Shown here: piece by piece, positions 1 through 9,885 of the stretch
Layout: the number at the start of each line of letters is the position of its first letter
Position numbering within the stretch: the first letter of the stretch is position 1
Source: Pseudomonadota bacterium
GTDB taxonomy: Bacteria; Pseudomonadota; Alphaproteobacteria; Micavibrionales; UBA2020
Reading direction: 5' to 3'
Assembly: GCA_043806835.1 (NCBI GenBank)
Contig: JAZDGQ010000007.1
Span: 2,831 to 66,830 of the forward strand
Length of the DNA stretch: 64,000 nucleotides
Program-made: the position numbers and the translations under genes
Notes under the pieces: model-generated
Told to the model about the DNA's origin: nothing
Seen by the model: only the letters and a program-made list of their open reading frames with translations
The model's database searches: none

Positions 1-625
1 CGGCGACAACGGGTCCGGAATGCACGTGCACCAGTCGCTCTGGAAGGCGGGGAAGCCCCTGTTCGCGGGCGCGGGCTACGCCGACCTGTCGGATACCTGC
101 CTCTATTACATCGGCGGGATCATCAAGCACGCCAGGGCGCTGAACGCCATCACCAACCCGACCACCAACAGCTACAAGCGTCTGGTGCCGGGGTATGAGG
201 CACCGGTGCTGCTCGCCTATTCCGCGCGCAACCGCTCGGCCTCCTGCCGCATCCCCTTCTCGGCCAGCCCGAAAGGCAAGCGCGTGGAAGTGCGCTTCCC
301 CGATCCGGCGGCCAACACCTACCTTTCGTTTGCGGCGATGCTGATGGCGGGACTGGACGGCATCCAGAAGAAGATCCATCCCGGCGACGCGATGGACAAG
401 AACCTGTACGATCTGCCGCCGGAGGAATTGTCGCATATCCCGACGGTCTGCGGCTCCCTGCGCGAGGCACTGGATTCCCTGAAGGAAGACCACGATTTCC
501 TGCTCAAGGGCGGCGTTTTCAGCAAGGATTTCATCGACAGCTATCTTGAACTGAGATACGCGGAAGTGAAGGCCTACGAAACCATGCCGCACCCGATCGA
601 ATACGCGATGTATTACTCGGTCTGA
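1..625 (+). CDS. glnA: glutamine synthetase type I, C-terminal ~200 aa (5' end outside window)
   Basis: ORF 20..625 is open to the window edge. The translation [35 protein letters not shown]...KRVEVRFPD matches the conserved GlnA C-terminal catalytic region. Confidence 0.9.
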   Translation, partial: GDNGSGMHVHQSLWKAGKPLFAGAGYADLSDTCLYYIGGIIKHARALNAITNPTTNSYKRLVPGYEAPVLLAYSARNRSASCRIPFSASPKGKRVEVRFPDPAANTYLSFAAMLMAGLDGIQKKIHPGDAMDKNLYDLPPEELSHIPTVCGSLREALDSLKEDHDFLLKGGVFSKDFIDSYLELRYAEVKAYETMPHPIEYAMYYSV

Positions 626-649
626 TGCCGGCGACTATGGATTTTGACC

Positions 650-682
650 AGCCCCTCTCTTCCGTGAGGGGGCGCTTTTTTA
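650..682 (+). terminator. rho-independent terminator after glnA
   Basis: Stem GCCCCTC (651-657) pairs with GAGGGG(G)C (666-673) and is followed by a T-run at 676-681. It sits between convergent genes. Confidence 0.5.
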
Positions 683-1825
683 TCTTATGTTTCCCAAAAT
701 CAGATCAAAGGTCTGAACATCGCGGGACCAGGAAAATAAGTCCTCCTCCTCAGAAGGCGCGAGCAGGAATAGCATAATATACCACTCCTTGTCGCCCAAC
801 ATGACAAGCCGGAGCTCTTTCACGCTGTCCCCCTGCTTCCTGAAACTCACCTGATACACTTCATAACGCGAGAAGATAAAACGGTCATAGACCGAGGCGG
901 TATTGGAAGACACGAGATTCTTGACATCGATCAGCAGAAACTCGTCAAAATACCTTTTCAGTTTTGCCACTTCATCCCTGAGCTTTGTCCCCGGTGCCCT
1001 CCGGACTGCAACGAAGCGTATCAACCCCTCGACTTTCCCTGCCTTTGTCACATTATGGATTTGCACGGACATGTTGTTGATGTCATTCAAATCCGGATAA
1101 TAGAGAAGCCAGGATTCCGGATAACTGAACCGCATCGCGTCGCGGAAAGAAAAGAATTTCTGCGTTTCAACCGGATCGTCAGTCGCCATAATCAGACCGA
1201 AACTGTCTATGACCCTTTTTTGCAGGAATTTCATGGGTTCTCTGAGCGCCGGGGGAAGCTTGAGCTGCATCATCACGGCAACATTCCTGTTCATCTGCAA
1301 TGTTGCGTAGGTATAGGTGATCTGCCCATCGGCCATGAAAACGAAATATGCGCTGGCTCGTTTATTGCTGACGGCGTCTATCTTTCCGTCAATGGAGTAG
1401 TTGCTCATGCTGGCATAATTTTTCAGCCAGTTTTCCGCTGAAATTTCACGATCAAGGGAAATGAACTGTATGGAGAGGATAGCCTGCGCCTCGTTGACCA
1501 CCGGGCTTCTGGAGAGGATGATGTCCCCGAGAAGCCTCTGATCCTGATTAATGGAGGTCTTTTCCTGATTGATATTCTCGATGGTCCAGTCCTTCGGCAA
1601 CAGAATACTGAATTCAAGCTTGGTGTCGTTGAAGGGAAGTTTGTGAAGGGGCTTGGTGTTCTCCTTGAAACTTTCCTCATCCTGAATGGGAAACCGCGTA
1701 TCCATCTGCGGCTTGCTGCTGTTGAACAGGGTTTCAAACCCCGCCCATGCCGTCCCGGACGCGCCAGGGTTCCCCGCCATAGCCAGGAACAACGCTACCG
1801 GCAGACCGGTTCTTAAAAAATTCAT
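680..1825 (-). CDS. hypothetical secreted protein, family not recognised
   Basis: ORF 680..1855. ATG at 1825 is preceded by AAGGAGA. The N-terminus MNFLRTGLPVALFLAMAGNPGASG looks like a signal peptide. There are two similar halves, each opening with xxFS(I/Y)xxPxxW. GC is visibly lower than in the flanks. Confidence 0.6.
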   Translation of the reverse strand: MNFLRTGLPVALFLAMAGNPGASGTAWAGFETLFNSSKPQMDTRFPIQDEESFKENTKPLHKLPFNDTKLEFSILLPKDWTIENINQEKTSINQDQRLLGDIILSRSPVVNEAQAILSIQFISLDREISAENWLKNYASMSNYSIDGKIDAVSNKRASAYFVFMADGQITYTYATLQMNRNVAVMMQLKLPPALREPMKFLQKRVIDSFGLIMATDDPVETQKFFSFRDAMRFSYPESWLLYYPDLNDINNMSVQIHNVTKAGKVEGLIRFVAVRRAPGTKLRDEVAKLKRYFDEFLLIDVKNLVSSNTASVYDRFIFSRYEVYQVSFRKQGDSVKELRLVMLGDKEWYIMLFLLAPSEEEDLFSWSRDVQTFDLILGNIR

Positions 1826-1902
1826 CTGACGTGATCTCCTTATCCGACACCGCAAACCCGCCTCATTGTAGCAGGGAAAACAAGCGGAATGAACGGCGGA
1901 AT

Positions 1903-2928
1903 TCAGGAGCTAATCTCCCCGCAGATATTCTCCTGCATGAGCGTCCTGATTTCCTTCGGTTGCAGACCCTGACTGCATAGATGATGCAATTTTGTGAAAG
2001 CCGCAGATGTTGTCATATCACGACCTCCTACAACACCGGCTTTTGCCAAAGATGTGCCTACCGCGTAGACGTCCATATCAACTGTTCCCTTCAAACACTG
2101 GGTGACCCCGACAATCACAGTCCCCCTGTCAGAGGCAGACCGGAGCGCCTCGAGCACCCCGGGGGGTTTATCCGGCGCATGGCCGGGGCCGTAACATTTT
2201 AGAATGACCCCGTCCGGCGCCGGATGCAGCACGCGGGAAACGAAATTCGCCGTTATGCCGGGAAAAAGTTCGAGGACGACAACGTCGGCGTCCGATTGCG
2301 ACGCTCTGTAAGTGAAGGGCTGCTGCGGCTTGGGACGCAAGGCATCTTTGTTTATCCTGACATCCACGCCTGATATGTCCGCCAGGAGTTCGGCGTTCGG
2401 CGAATCGAAAGCTTCGAAGTCGCTCGCGTGAACCTTCACAACGCGGTTTCCGCGCATAAGCCTGCTGCCGAAGCAGACGCACACTTCCGATATTTCGCTG
2501 CGCGCCGCGATGCAGAGCGCGTTCTCCAGATTTTTCTGCGCGTCGTTCATTGGCTGCGACAAAGGAACCTGCGAGCCGGTCACGACGACGGGCTTGCCAA
2601 GATTTTGCAGCATGAAAGACAGGGCGGAGGCCGTCTGCGCCATCGTGTCCGTCCCGTGCAGCACCACGAAACCGTCGTAGTCATCGTATTTACCCGCGAT
2701 ATCGGACGCAATCTGCTTCCATGTTTCAGGAGATGCGTTGGAGCTGTCGATCAGGGTTTTATATTCATGGATTTCATACTCCGGAAGATCCTGCATCCGG
2801 ACGGAAGCAATCCTTTCAACCATGCGCGTAAACTCGCCGCGCGGGGCGGGCGTAAAGCCATCAAGAGTTTTGATGCAACCAATCGTTCCCCCAGTATAAG
2901 CAACGTATATTTTTTTCTTTCCGGCCAT
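1903..2928 (-). CDS. ansA: L-asparaginase, type I (cytoplasmic)
   Basis: KKKIYVAYTGGTIG active-site Thr motif and VVLHGTDTM motif. Start moved to ATG 2928 (MAGKKK...) within ORF 1903..3009. Confidence 0.85.
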   Translation of the reverse strand: MAGKKKIYVAYTGGTIGCIKTLDGFTPAPRGEFTRMVERIASVRMQDLPEYEIHEYKTLIDSSNASPETWKQIASDIAGKYDDYDGFVVLHGTDTMAQTASALSFMLQNLGKPVVVTGSQVPLSQPMNDAQKNLENALCIAARSEISEVCVCFGSRLMRGNRVVKVHASDFEAFDSPNAELLADISGVDVRINKDALRPKPQQPFTYRASQSDADVVVLELFPGITANFVSRVLHPAPDGVILKCYGPGHAPDKPPGVLEALRSASDRGTVIVGVTQCLKGTVDMDVYAVGTSLAKAGVVGGRDMTTSAAFTKLHHLCSQGLQPKEIRTLMQENICGEISS

Positions 2929-2995
2929 TTGCCAACCTACCATATTGCATTGGCGACGCGAAATGCATAGTCTGTGACGGATATGAAGGTAAAGC

Positions 2996-4978
2996 ATGGC
3001 TGGCGGCATTTTGAAAAAGAATGACTATTCGGCGGCGGATATTGAGGTTCTGGAAGGGCTTGAGCCTGTCCGGAAGCGTCCGGGCATGTATATCGGCGGC
3101 ACCGATGAAGGCTCCATGCATCATCTGGTCAGCGAGATTCTGGATAATTCAATGGACGAGGCGGTGGCCGGCTATGCTTCCCGCATCGAGATCAGCCTTG
3201 GCGCCGGCAACAGGGTCACGATCCGGGACAATGGCCGGGGCATCCCCGTAGACAGCCATCCGAAGTTTCCCGGCATATCGGCCATGGAAGTTATTTTCAC
3301 GACTCTGCACTCCGGCGGCAAGTTCAGCGGCAAGGTTTACAACACCTCCGGCGGTCTGCACGGGGTCGGAGCCTCCGTCGTGAACGCGCTCTCGAGCGAA
3401 CTGATCGTGCAGGTCGCGCGGGACAAGGAACTCTATGAGCAAAGATACAGCCGGGGCAAAACCCTCGGAAAGCTGAAAAAACTGGGCGCGACGAAAGATC
3501 GTGGAACAACAGTCACTTTCGTCCCCGATGTTGAGATTTTCGGTGAGAAAGCAGCCTTCAATCCCAGGACCGTCTACAAGCTGGCGCGCTCCAAAGCCTA
3601 CCTCTATCGCGGCGTGGAGATTCAATGGAAGTGCGATCCCGAAACATTGAAAGGCGTTGAAGACGTTCCGGCGGAGGAAATCATCAGATTTCCGAACGGG
3701 ATACTGGATTATCTTCATTCTTTGGTTGAGGGAAAAACCTCCCTGACGCCGAAGCCCTTCTACGGAACGTCGGAATTTCCGAACGGCGAAGGGCGGTGCG
3801 AATTCGCCATTGCCTGGACGGAAGAGGAAAATGACGGCTTTCTCAGTTCCTACTGCAACACTATCCCGACGCCCGAAGGCGGCGCGCACGTTCAGGGGCT
3901 GCGCGCGGCTTTGTCAAAGGGGCTGAAAAATTACGCCGACATGGCAGGCAACAAGAAAGCGGGCATCCTGACACCGGACGACATCTTCGGCTCGGCGACG
4001 GCGTTGCTGTCCATCTTCATGCGCGAACCGCAGTTTCAGGGACAGACCAAGGAAAAACTGACGTCCGTCCATGCCACGCGGCTGATCGAAAACGCAGTGA
4101 AGGACAACTTTGAGCACTGGCTGACGGGGGATACGGCCTCCGGCAGATACCTGCTCGACTATCTCATCAACGTGGCGGAGGAACGCCGCCGTGCGAAGGA
4201 CGCGCAGGAAACGTCCCGCAAATCGGCGACGCGCAAATTGCGCCTCCCCGGCAAGCTCTCGGACTGCAGCCGGAAAACGTCGGAAGGCACAGAGATATTC
4301 ATCGTCGAGGGGGACTCCGCCGGCGGCTCCGCGAAGCAGGCGCGAAACCGCGAGCTTCAGGCCATCCTGCCCCTGCGCGGCAAGGTGCTGAACGTGGCCA
4401 GCGCGACCTCCGACAAGATCCGCGCCAATCAGGAAATCTCGGATCTCATTCAGGCCCTCGGCTGCGGCACGGGCAAGGATTTCAATCTGGACAAATTGCG
4501 CTACGAGCGCGTCATCATCATGACCGACGCCGACGTGGACGGGGCGCATATCGCCTCCCTGCTCATCACGCTGTTCTATCAGGAGATGCGGGGGCTTATT
4601 CAAAGCGGTGCTCTATATCTCGCCCTCCCGCCGCTCTACCGCCTGAGCTCAGGGGGGGAAAGCGTCTATGCCCGTGACGACGCCCATAAAGAGGAACTGA
4701 TGAAAACGGTCTTCAAGGGCAAGAAGAAGGTCGAGATGAGCCGGTTCAAGGGTCTTGGTGAAATGCCCGCGTCCCAGCTCAAGGAAACCACCATGGACAT
4801 GGGCAAGCGCGGCCTGCTCCGCGTGGTGCTGCCGGAATCCGAACGCAGCAGCGACGCCTTCAAAAAAGCGGAGGGCGGCACTGCTGCTCTCATCGAGCGA
4901 CTGATGGGCAAAAACCCGGAAGCCCGTTTTGAATTCATCCAGGAAAACGCAAAATTCGCGCGGGATATTGATATTTAG
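2996..4978 (+). CDS. parE: DNA topoisomerase IV subunit B
   Basis: GHKL ATPase motifs (VRKRPGMYIGG, EILDNSMDE, DNGRGIP), Toprim EGDSAGGSAKQ and PLRGKVLNV. The 660 aa length fits ParE rather than the ~800 aa GyrB. GAAGG SD before ATG 2996. Confidence 0.85.
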   Translation: MAGGILKKNDYSAADIEVLEGLEPVRKRPGMYIGGTDEGSMHHLVSEILDNSMDEAVAGYASRIEISLGAGNRVTIRDNGRGIPVDSHPKFPGISAMEVIFTTLHSGGKFSGKVYNTSGGLHGVGASVVNALSSELIVQVARDKELYEQRYSRGKTLGKLKKLGATKDRGTTVTFVPDVEIFGEKAAFNPRTVYKLARSKAYLYRGVEIQWKCDPETLKGVEDVPAEEIIRFPNGILDYLHSLVEGKTSLTPKPFYGTSEFPNGEGRCEFAIAWTEEENDGFLSSYCNTIPTPEGGAHVQGLRAALSKGLKNYADMAGNKKAGILTPDDIFGSATALLSIFMREPQFQGQTKEKLTSVHATRLIENAVKDNFEHWLTGDTASGRYLLDYLINVAEERRRAKDAQETSRKSATRKLRLPGKLSDCSRKTSEGTEIFIVEGDSAGGSAKQARNRELQAILPLRGKVLNVASATSDKIRANQEISDLIQALGCGTGKDFNLDKLRYERVIIMTDADVDGAHIASLLITLFYQEMRGLIQSGALYLALPPLYRLSSGGESVYARDDAHKEELMKTVFKGKKKVEMSRFKGLGEMPASQLKETTMDMGKRGLLRVVLPESERSSDAFKKAEGGTAALIERLMGKNPEARFEFIQENAKFARDIDI

Positions 4979-4980
4979 GG

Positions 4981-5048
4981 GCGCGAAGCGCGACGAGGGA
5001 TCTGGTTCGTTGCATCAGAGAAGATCCCTCACATGCGTTCGGGATGAC
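4981..5048. repeat. palindromic (MITE/REP-like) element, copy A, left arm truncated
   Basis: GAGGGATCT (4995-5003) pairs with AGATCCCTC (5022-5030). The right arm AGATCCCTCACATGCGTTCGGGATGAC is the same type as the copy at 9680-9755. It lies directly after the parE stop. Confidence 0.5.
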
Positions 5049-5073
5049 AATTGAAGGGTTTTTCAGCACCCCC

Positions 5074-5580
5074 TTAGTTCCTCACCGCCCCCCTGATAAT
5101 ATCGAGGATAAGTTCCGTGCCTTTTTCGACAAGCAGGACATCATCCCCCGCTATAATGCATTTGCCATGCTTTCCGCAGACAGGCAGGCGTTTCAGGAGG
5201 TCGTCGGGCAGGTCGCGCTTTTCCAGACCGGGCGGGAGGTGGCCGTTCTTTTCGAGCTGCATGGCAAGACCGGGGGGAAGCTGATCCCTTTTGGCGAGGC
5301 CCGGAGGCAGTCCCTTATGCCCTTTGCCCTTGCCACCCTTGTGCCCTTTGCCGCCTTTATGATCTTCGTCATTTTCATCAGAGTCTTTCTGGCCGAAATA
5401 TTCCCCGATGACGGCCTTTTCCGTCTCGCTGAAAACGCGATGCAGCACATCCCGCGTCACCTGTTCGGCGGACGGCGCTGTCGGAGTATTCCAGATGATC
5501 CCGTTTTCATGCGTGGCATGCGCCACCGTCGGCAACGGCAGAAGAGCCAGAAACGTCGCAACAGCAAAAGCTTTTTTCAT
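5074..5580 (-). CDS. periplasmic repeat protein (HKGGKG / PPGL repeats), function unknown
   Basis: ATG 5580 with GAGGG SD. Signal peptide MKKAFAVATFLALLPLPTVAHA. Contains HKGGKGHKGGKGKGHKG followed by three LPPGL motifs, which resembles CigR-type small periplasmic proteins (from memory). Confidence 0.6.
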   Translation of the reverse strand: MKKAFAVATFLALLPLPTVAHATHENGIIWNTPTAPSAEQVTRDVLHRVFSETEKAVIGEYFGQKDSDENDEDHKGGKGHKGGKGKGHKGLPPGLAKRDQLPPGLAMQLEKNGHLPPGLEKRDLPDDLLKRLPVCGKHGKCIIAGDDVLLVEKGTELILDIIRGAVRN

Positions 5581-5776
5581 GGGACCCTCATTTTCATGTT
5601 GCAGGAATTGAAGCAAGGGTAACGTCGATCATGGAGTTTTGCAATAGAATGACAATTTCGCGCAATAAAATTACCCTCTCAAAAAATTTCACCAGTTTAC
5701 CGGAATGCTTACGGGTTTATTAATAACTCTGTGAGACCCTGTATATGAAAGCTTTTATGCTCAAGGGGTCTGTACA

Positions 5777-7507
5777 GTGCGTGAATTCAGGTTTCTTTAT
5801 GCCCTGACTCTGCTGACCGTCATTGCAGCCTCCCTTGGCGCCTGCGTTCAGAATCAATCTCCGAAAAGCTCCGAAGCGCTTGCCCTGCCCCTGCCCGCCG
5901 TTTCCCAGACCCTCTCCGGCAATTATCTGGCGGGACGCTTCGCCCAGCGCCGGCAGGACTGGGAAACCGCGCAGGATTACATGGGTGCCGTCCTGTCCCA
6001 CGACGGAAACAACGACCAGTTGATTCAAAGAACATTTCTTCTGGCGCTCGGCTCCGGCAATTTCGAGAGAGCCGGCGAGCTTGCGAAAAAAATCACCTCG
6101 ACGCAGGGCGACGACGAACTGGCGCTGATCTTCATGAGCTGCGACGCCTTCAGACGCGATGATTTCGCGGCGGCACTGACCTTTCTGGACAAACTTCCGG
6201 AAGACGGCTTCGGCCAGTATACGAAGCCGCTTCTGACGGCCTGGGCGCACGCCGGACAGGGAGACAAGAGCAAGGCGCTGAAACTTCTTGCCGAAAATTC
6301 AGAGCCGGACGACCCCACCGCCCGCATGCACGCCGGTCTGATGGAGGAGATGACCGGAAACACAAAAGCCGCAGCGGAACACTACAGAGTCGCGATGGAA
6401 AACGGCCTCAGCCTCCACACCGCCGTGATGACCGGAAATTTCTTCGAGCGCGACGGCCAGCCGGAGATCACCCGCAGCATTTATCAAAGCCTCGACAAGG
6501 TCTATCCTTACGGCCCTTTTATGGGGATACTGGCAAGCCGCGATCCGGACCGCGCGACGACTCCGAACATCACGCGGGCGGCGGACGGCGCGGCGCTCGC
6601 CCTCTTTGACCTCGCCACGCTCCTCTACGAGAAACGCGCTTACGACAGCGCGCAGATCTATGGCAGCCTGGTACAGTTGCTGGCGCCGGAATCCCCTTTC
6701 ATCGGGCTGATGATGGGGGACATCGCGTCCCTGCACAACCAGTACGCCAAAGCCATCAGAAATTATAACGCCATCGACGCGGCGTCGCCGGTTTACTGGC
6801 TCTCCCGCATCCGGGTGGCGGAAGTTTACGAGGCCAGCGGGCAACTGGACCTCTCCATAGGGATGCTGACCACGCTCTCGAAGGATGCCCCGACCCGCAT
6901 TCAGGCGCTGGTCTCTCTCGGCGACGTCTATCGCCGCCATGACCGGTTCGAGGACGCCGTCTCCGCCTACGATCAGGCGCTCGCGGGAATCCCCCTCGTC
7001 ACGGAGGAATACTGGCCGATCATTTATGCGCGGGGCATCGCCAGGGAACGCCTCAACCTCTGGAAACTGGCGGAAAAAGACCTCCTGCACGCGCTGACGT
7101 TTCAGCCCGACAACCCGATGATCCTGAATTTCATCGCCTACAGCTGGGCCAATCAGGGCATCAAGCTGGACAAGGCGCTGGAATACGCCCGCCACGCCGC
7201 CGCGCTCCGCCCCGACGACGGCTACATTCTCGACAGCTACGGCTGGACTCTTTTCCGCATGGCGCAATACCAGGAATCAATCATATGGCTGGAACAGGCC
7301 GTCTGGCTGATCCCAAACGACTCCACCCTGCTCGACCACCTCGGCGACGCCTACTGGCAGGTCGGACGGCGGAACGAGGCGCGCTATCAATGGAGACACG
7401 CCGGAGACCTGAGCCAGGATCCCTCGTTCAAAACGCTGGTGCAGCAAAAATTTAGGTACGGCATCACAGTTCCCAGCCAGATCGCCCGCACAGACGGGGG
7501 GATTTAG
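5777..7507 (+). CDS. tetratricopeptide-repeat lipoprotein
   Basis: GTG start with AAGGGG SD. Lipobox LGAC at the N-terminus. TPR-like helical repeats run throughout (e.g. LGDAYWQVGRRNEARYQW). It sits upstream of ispE, as in many alphaproteobacteria. Confidence 0.8.
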   Translation: MREFRFLYALTLLTVIAASLGACVQNQSPKSSEALALPLPAVSQTLSGNYLAGRFAQRRQDWETAQDYMGAVLSHDGNNDQLIQRTFLLALGSGNFERAGELAKKITSTQGDDELALIFMSCDAFRRDDFAAALTFLDKLPEDGFGQYTKPLLTAWAHAGQGDKSKALKLLAENSEPDDPTARMHAGLMEEMTGNTKAAAEHYRVAMENGLSLHTAVMTGNFFERDGQPEITRSIYQSLDKVYPYGPFMGILASRDPDRATTPNITRAADGAALALFDLATLLYEKRAYDSAQIYGSLVQLLAPESPFIGLMMGDIASLHNQYAKAIRNYNAIDAASPVYWLSRIRVAEVYEASGQLDLSIGMLTTLSKDAPTRIQALVSLGDVYRRHDRFEDAVSAYDQALAGIPLVTEEYWPIIYARGIARERLNLWKLAEKDLLHALTFQPDNPMILNFIAYSWANQGIKLDKALEYARHAAALRPDDGYILDSYGWTLFRMAQYQESIIWLEQAVWLIPNDSTLLDHLGDAYWQVGRRNEARYQWRHAGDLSQDPSFKTLVQQKFRYGITVPSQIARTDGGI

Positions 7508-7553
7508 CAGTCTTCTCTTCTCCCGGAATGGCGACTGTGCTACAGCATGAAAC

Positions 7554-8420
7554 ATGCCTCATAAAACCATTCATGTTTTCGCCCCCGCCAAGGTCAACCT
7601 GTTCCTGCACATTACGGGAAAACGGGAGGACGGGTATCATCTGCTGCAAAGCCTGATGGGGTTCGTGGATGTCGGCGACGACCTGACGTTCGGACCGCAC
7701 GACAGCCTGTATATCGACGTGAACGGCCCCTTTGCCAGCCCGCTTGGCAATCCCCGGGACAATCTGGTTTACAAAGCGGCCATTCTCCTCTCCGAACACT
7801 ATAAGGTTCCCCCGCGCGCAAAAATTAATCTGACGAAAAACCTGCCTATCGCCTCCGGTCTCGGCGGAGGATCGTCGGACGCCGCCGCAACGCTGCTGGG
7901 GCTGGCGAAGCTCTGGCTGCTGCGGGAAGACCCCGACAAGCTGGCGGAGATCGCGCAAAAACTGGGCGCCGACGTGACCGCCTGTCTTTATAAAAAACTC
8001 GTCTGGTCGGAGGGCATCGGAGAAAAAATAACACGTCTTCCCGATATGCCAGACATCCATTTCGTGCTGGCCAATCCCATGGTGCAAACGCCGACGCCGG
8101 AAGTCTTCAGGCATTTTCGCAACCGCTTCAGCCCGCCCCTCCAGTTTTCGGGGCGGCGCAAAACCACCGCCGAATGGATCGCCGACCTCAGGATATACCG
8201 CAACGACCTGACCGATGCCGCCATCACCGTCACCCCGGAGATCCGCGACGTCCTGGCCGCCATCGGGGGCACGGCAGGATGCATCCTTCACCGCCTCTCC
8301 GGCAGCGGCGCCACCTGCTTTGGAATTTACGGCAACGCCGAGGCCGCGCACGTCGCCGCGCATACTCTGAAAGACCAGTATCCGGACTGGTGGGTTATCA
8401 GAGCGAACATGCTGAGGTAG
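7554..8420 (+). CDS. ispE: 4-diphosphocytidyl-2-C-methyl-D-erythritol kinase
   Basis: FAPAKVNLFLHITGKREDGYHLL N-terminus and GHMP-kinase motif PIASGLGGGSSDAAA. Confidence 0.9.
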   Translation: MPHKTIHVFAPAKVNLFLHITGKREDGYHLLQSLMGFVDVGDDLTFGPHDSLYIDVNGPFASPLGNPRDNLVYKAAILLSEHYKVPPRAKINLTKNLPIASGLGGGSSDAAATLLGLAKLWLLREDPDKLAEIAQKLGADVTACLYKKLVWSEGIGEKITRLPDMPDIHFVLANPMVQTPTPEVFRHFRNRFSPPLQFSGRRKTTAEWIADLRIYRNDLTDAAITVTPEIRDVLAAIGGTAGCILHRLSGSGATCFGIYGNAEAAHVAAHTLKDQYPDWWVIRANMLR

Positions 8421-8519
8421 GCAGGATTCCAAGCCTGAACGCTTTCTCCATCATGAGAAGATACTTCAGAAATTCAGGATATGGATCAACCTGATGTCAT
8501 CTTGCTATAAAACGGGGAA

Positions 8520-8596
8520 TGGTCGGACTGAAAGGATTTGAACCTTCGACCCCTTGCACCCCATGCAAGTGCGCTACCAGGCTGCGCTACAGTCCG
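8520..8596 (-). tRNA. tRNA-Pro (anticodon GGG)
   Basis: The reverse complement folds by hand into a 77-nt cloverleaf: CGGACTG acceptor, GCGC D-stem, anticodon loop ATGGGGT (GGG, G37), TTCAAAT T-loop, encoded CCA. Confidence 0.85.
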
Positions 8597-8701
8597 ACAT
8601 CGTCGTCATTCAATCAATAACGTGCCGATATATAAACAGAAAGCCCTGATGCTTTCAATAACTAAACGAGGTTAATGACAAACCTGAAGGCAGGTTGCAA
8701 A

Positions 8702-9649
8702 TCACGCCGCATGCCCCATTTCGAGGAATTTCTGGCGGCGACGGGATTTGAGGGTGGCGCCGTCGAGTCTGCCCAGTTCATTCAGCGCCTTCTCGACATA
8801 ATCCCCGACGACATCAATGGTGCGTTCCGGCTCGCGGTGAGCGCCCCCCATCGGCTCCTCGATGATCGTATCGATGACGCCGAGCCGCTTTAGATCCTGC
8901 GCCGTGAGTTTGAGGGCGCGGGCGGCGTCTTTGGCGAATTCGGAGCTGCGCCACAGGATGGAGGCGCACCCTTCCGGCGAGATCACGCTGTAGATGGAAT
9001 GCTCCAGCATGAATACGCGGTCGGCGGTGGCAAGGGCGACCGCCCCTCCGGAGCCGCCTTCCCCGATAATGACGGAAACGAATGGGGTCTCCGTACGCAG
9101 ACAGGATTCAATTGATTTGGCTATGGCTTCCGACTGACCGCGCTCCTCCGCTCCGACCCCCGGGTAAGCCCCCGCAGTATCGACCACCGTTATGACCGGC
9201 AGTCCAAACCGGTGCGCCAGAGACATCAGGCGCTGCGCCTTGCGATAACCTTCCGGCTTGGTCATTCCGAAATTGTGCATAATGCGGGTTGGCGTGTCAT
9301 GCCCCTTTTCCTGCCCCATAACGACGCAGGACCGGCCTCTGAAGCGCCCCAGCCCCCCGATAAGGGCGGCATCCTCCCCGAAGGCGCGATCCCCTGCCAG
9401 GGGTGTGAAATCCTGAATCATTCGTTTTACATAGTCGCAAAAGTGGGGGCGATCCGGATGACGCGCCACCTGCACCTTTTGTTCCGGCGTCAGCTTCGAG
9501 TAAGTCTGCACCAGAATTCGATCCGCCTTTTCCTGGATTCTGGAGATTTCATCCTTCAGGTTGACCTCGCCCTTGTCCATGCTCCTGAGTTCCTGGGCTT
9601 TGGCTTCCAGTTCAACGATCGGTTTTTCGAATTCCAGATGGTAGGCCAT
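8702..9649 (-). CDS. accA: acetyl-CoA carboxylase carboxyltransferase subunit alpha
   Basis: [17 protein letters not shown]..., ARHPDRPH and [14 protein letters not shown] motifs. Length 315 aa. Confidence 0.92.
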   Translation of the reverse strand: MAYHLEFEKPIVELEAKAQELRSMDKGEVNLKDEISRIQEKADRILVQTYSKLTPEQKVQVARHPDRPHFCDYVKRMIQDFTPLAGDRAFGEDAALIGGLGRFRGRSCVVMGQEKGHDTPTRIMHNFGMTKPEGYRKAQRLMSLAHRFGLPVITVVDTAGAYPGVGAEERGQSEAIAKSIESCLRTETPFVSVIIGEGGSGGAVALATADRVFMLEHSIYSVISPEGCASILWRSSEFAKDAARALKLTAQDLKRLGVIDTIIEEPMGGAHREPERTIDVVGDYVEKALNELGRLDGATLKSRRRQKFLEMGHAA

Positions 9650-9679
9650 GCGTTACCTTTTAATTTTTTTCGCATACTT

Positions 9680-9755
9680 GTCATTCCGAGGCGAAAAGCC
9701 GAGGAATCTTGTCAGGTTGCAACAATGAAGATCCCTCGCATTCGCTCGGTATGAC
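9680..9755. repeat. palindromic (MITE/REP-like) element, copy B
   Basis: Left arm GTCATTCCGAGGCGAAAAGCCGAGGAATCTT and right arm AAGATCCCTCGCATTCGCTCGGTATGAC are imperfect inverted repeats around a ~17-nt loop. It lies in the accA 5' region. Confidence 0.55.
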
Positions 9756-9820
9756 AGGTGTAAGTAGAAAATTCGTGCTTATTCGTGGTTTCACCTTTCC
9801 GCCAAACCATAGTCGAAATC

Positions 9821-9860
9821 CGAAAAAAGATAAAGGGAGCCTTTTTTCAAAGGCTCCCCT
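9821..9860 (-). terminator. rho-independent terminator after xerD
   Basis: On the minus strand, GGGAGCC-tttgaaaaaa-GGCTCCC is followed by TTTATCTTTTTT. Confidence 0.6.
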
Positions 9861-9885
9861 TATTAGAGTTTACGTGTTTACCGGA

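Noticed and set aside
8520-8596. tRNA-Pro as a possible island integration site for the T4BSS.
   Set aside because: It lies 7 kb from the cluster with core genes in between. I found no repeat of the tRNA 3' end (…TTCAAATCCTTTCAGTCCGACCA) elsewhere in the window by eye. An exact-match search would settle this.
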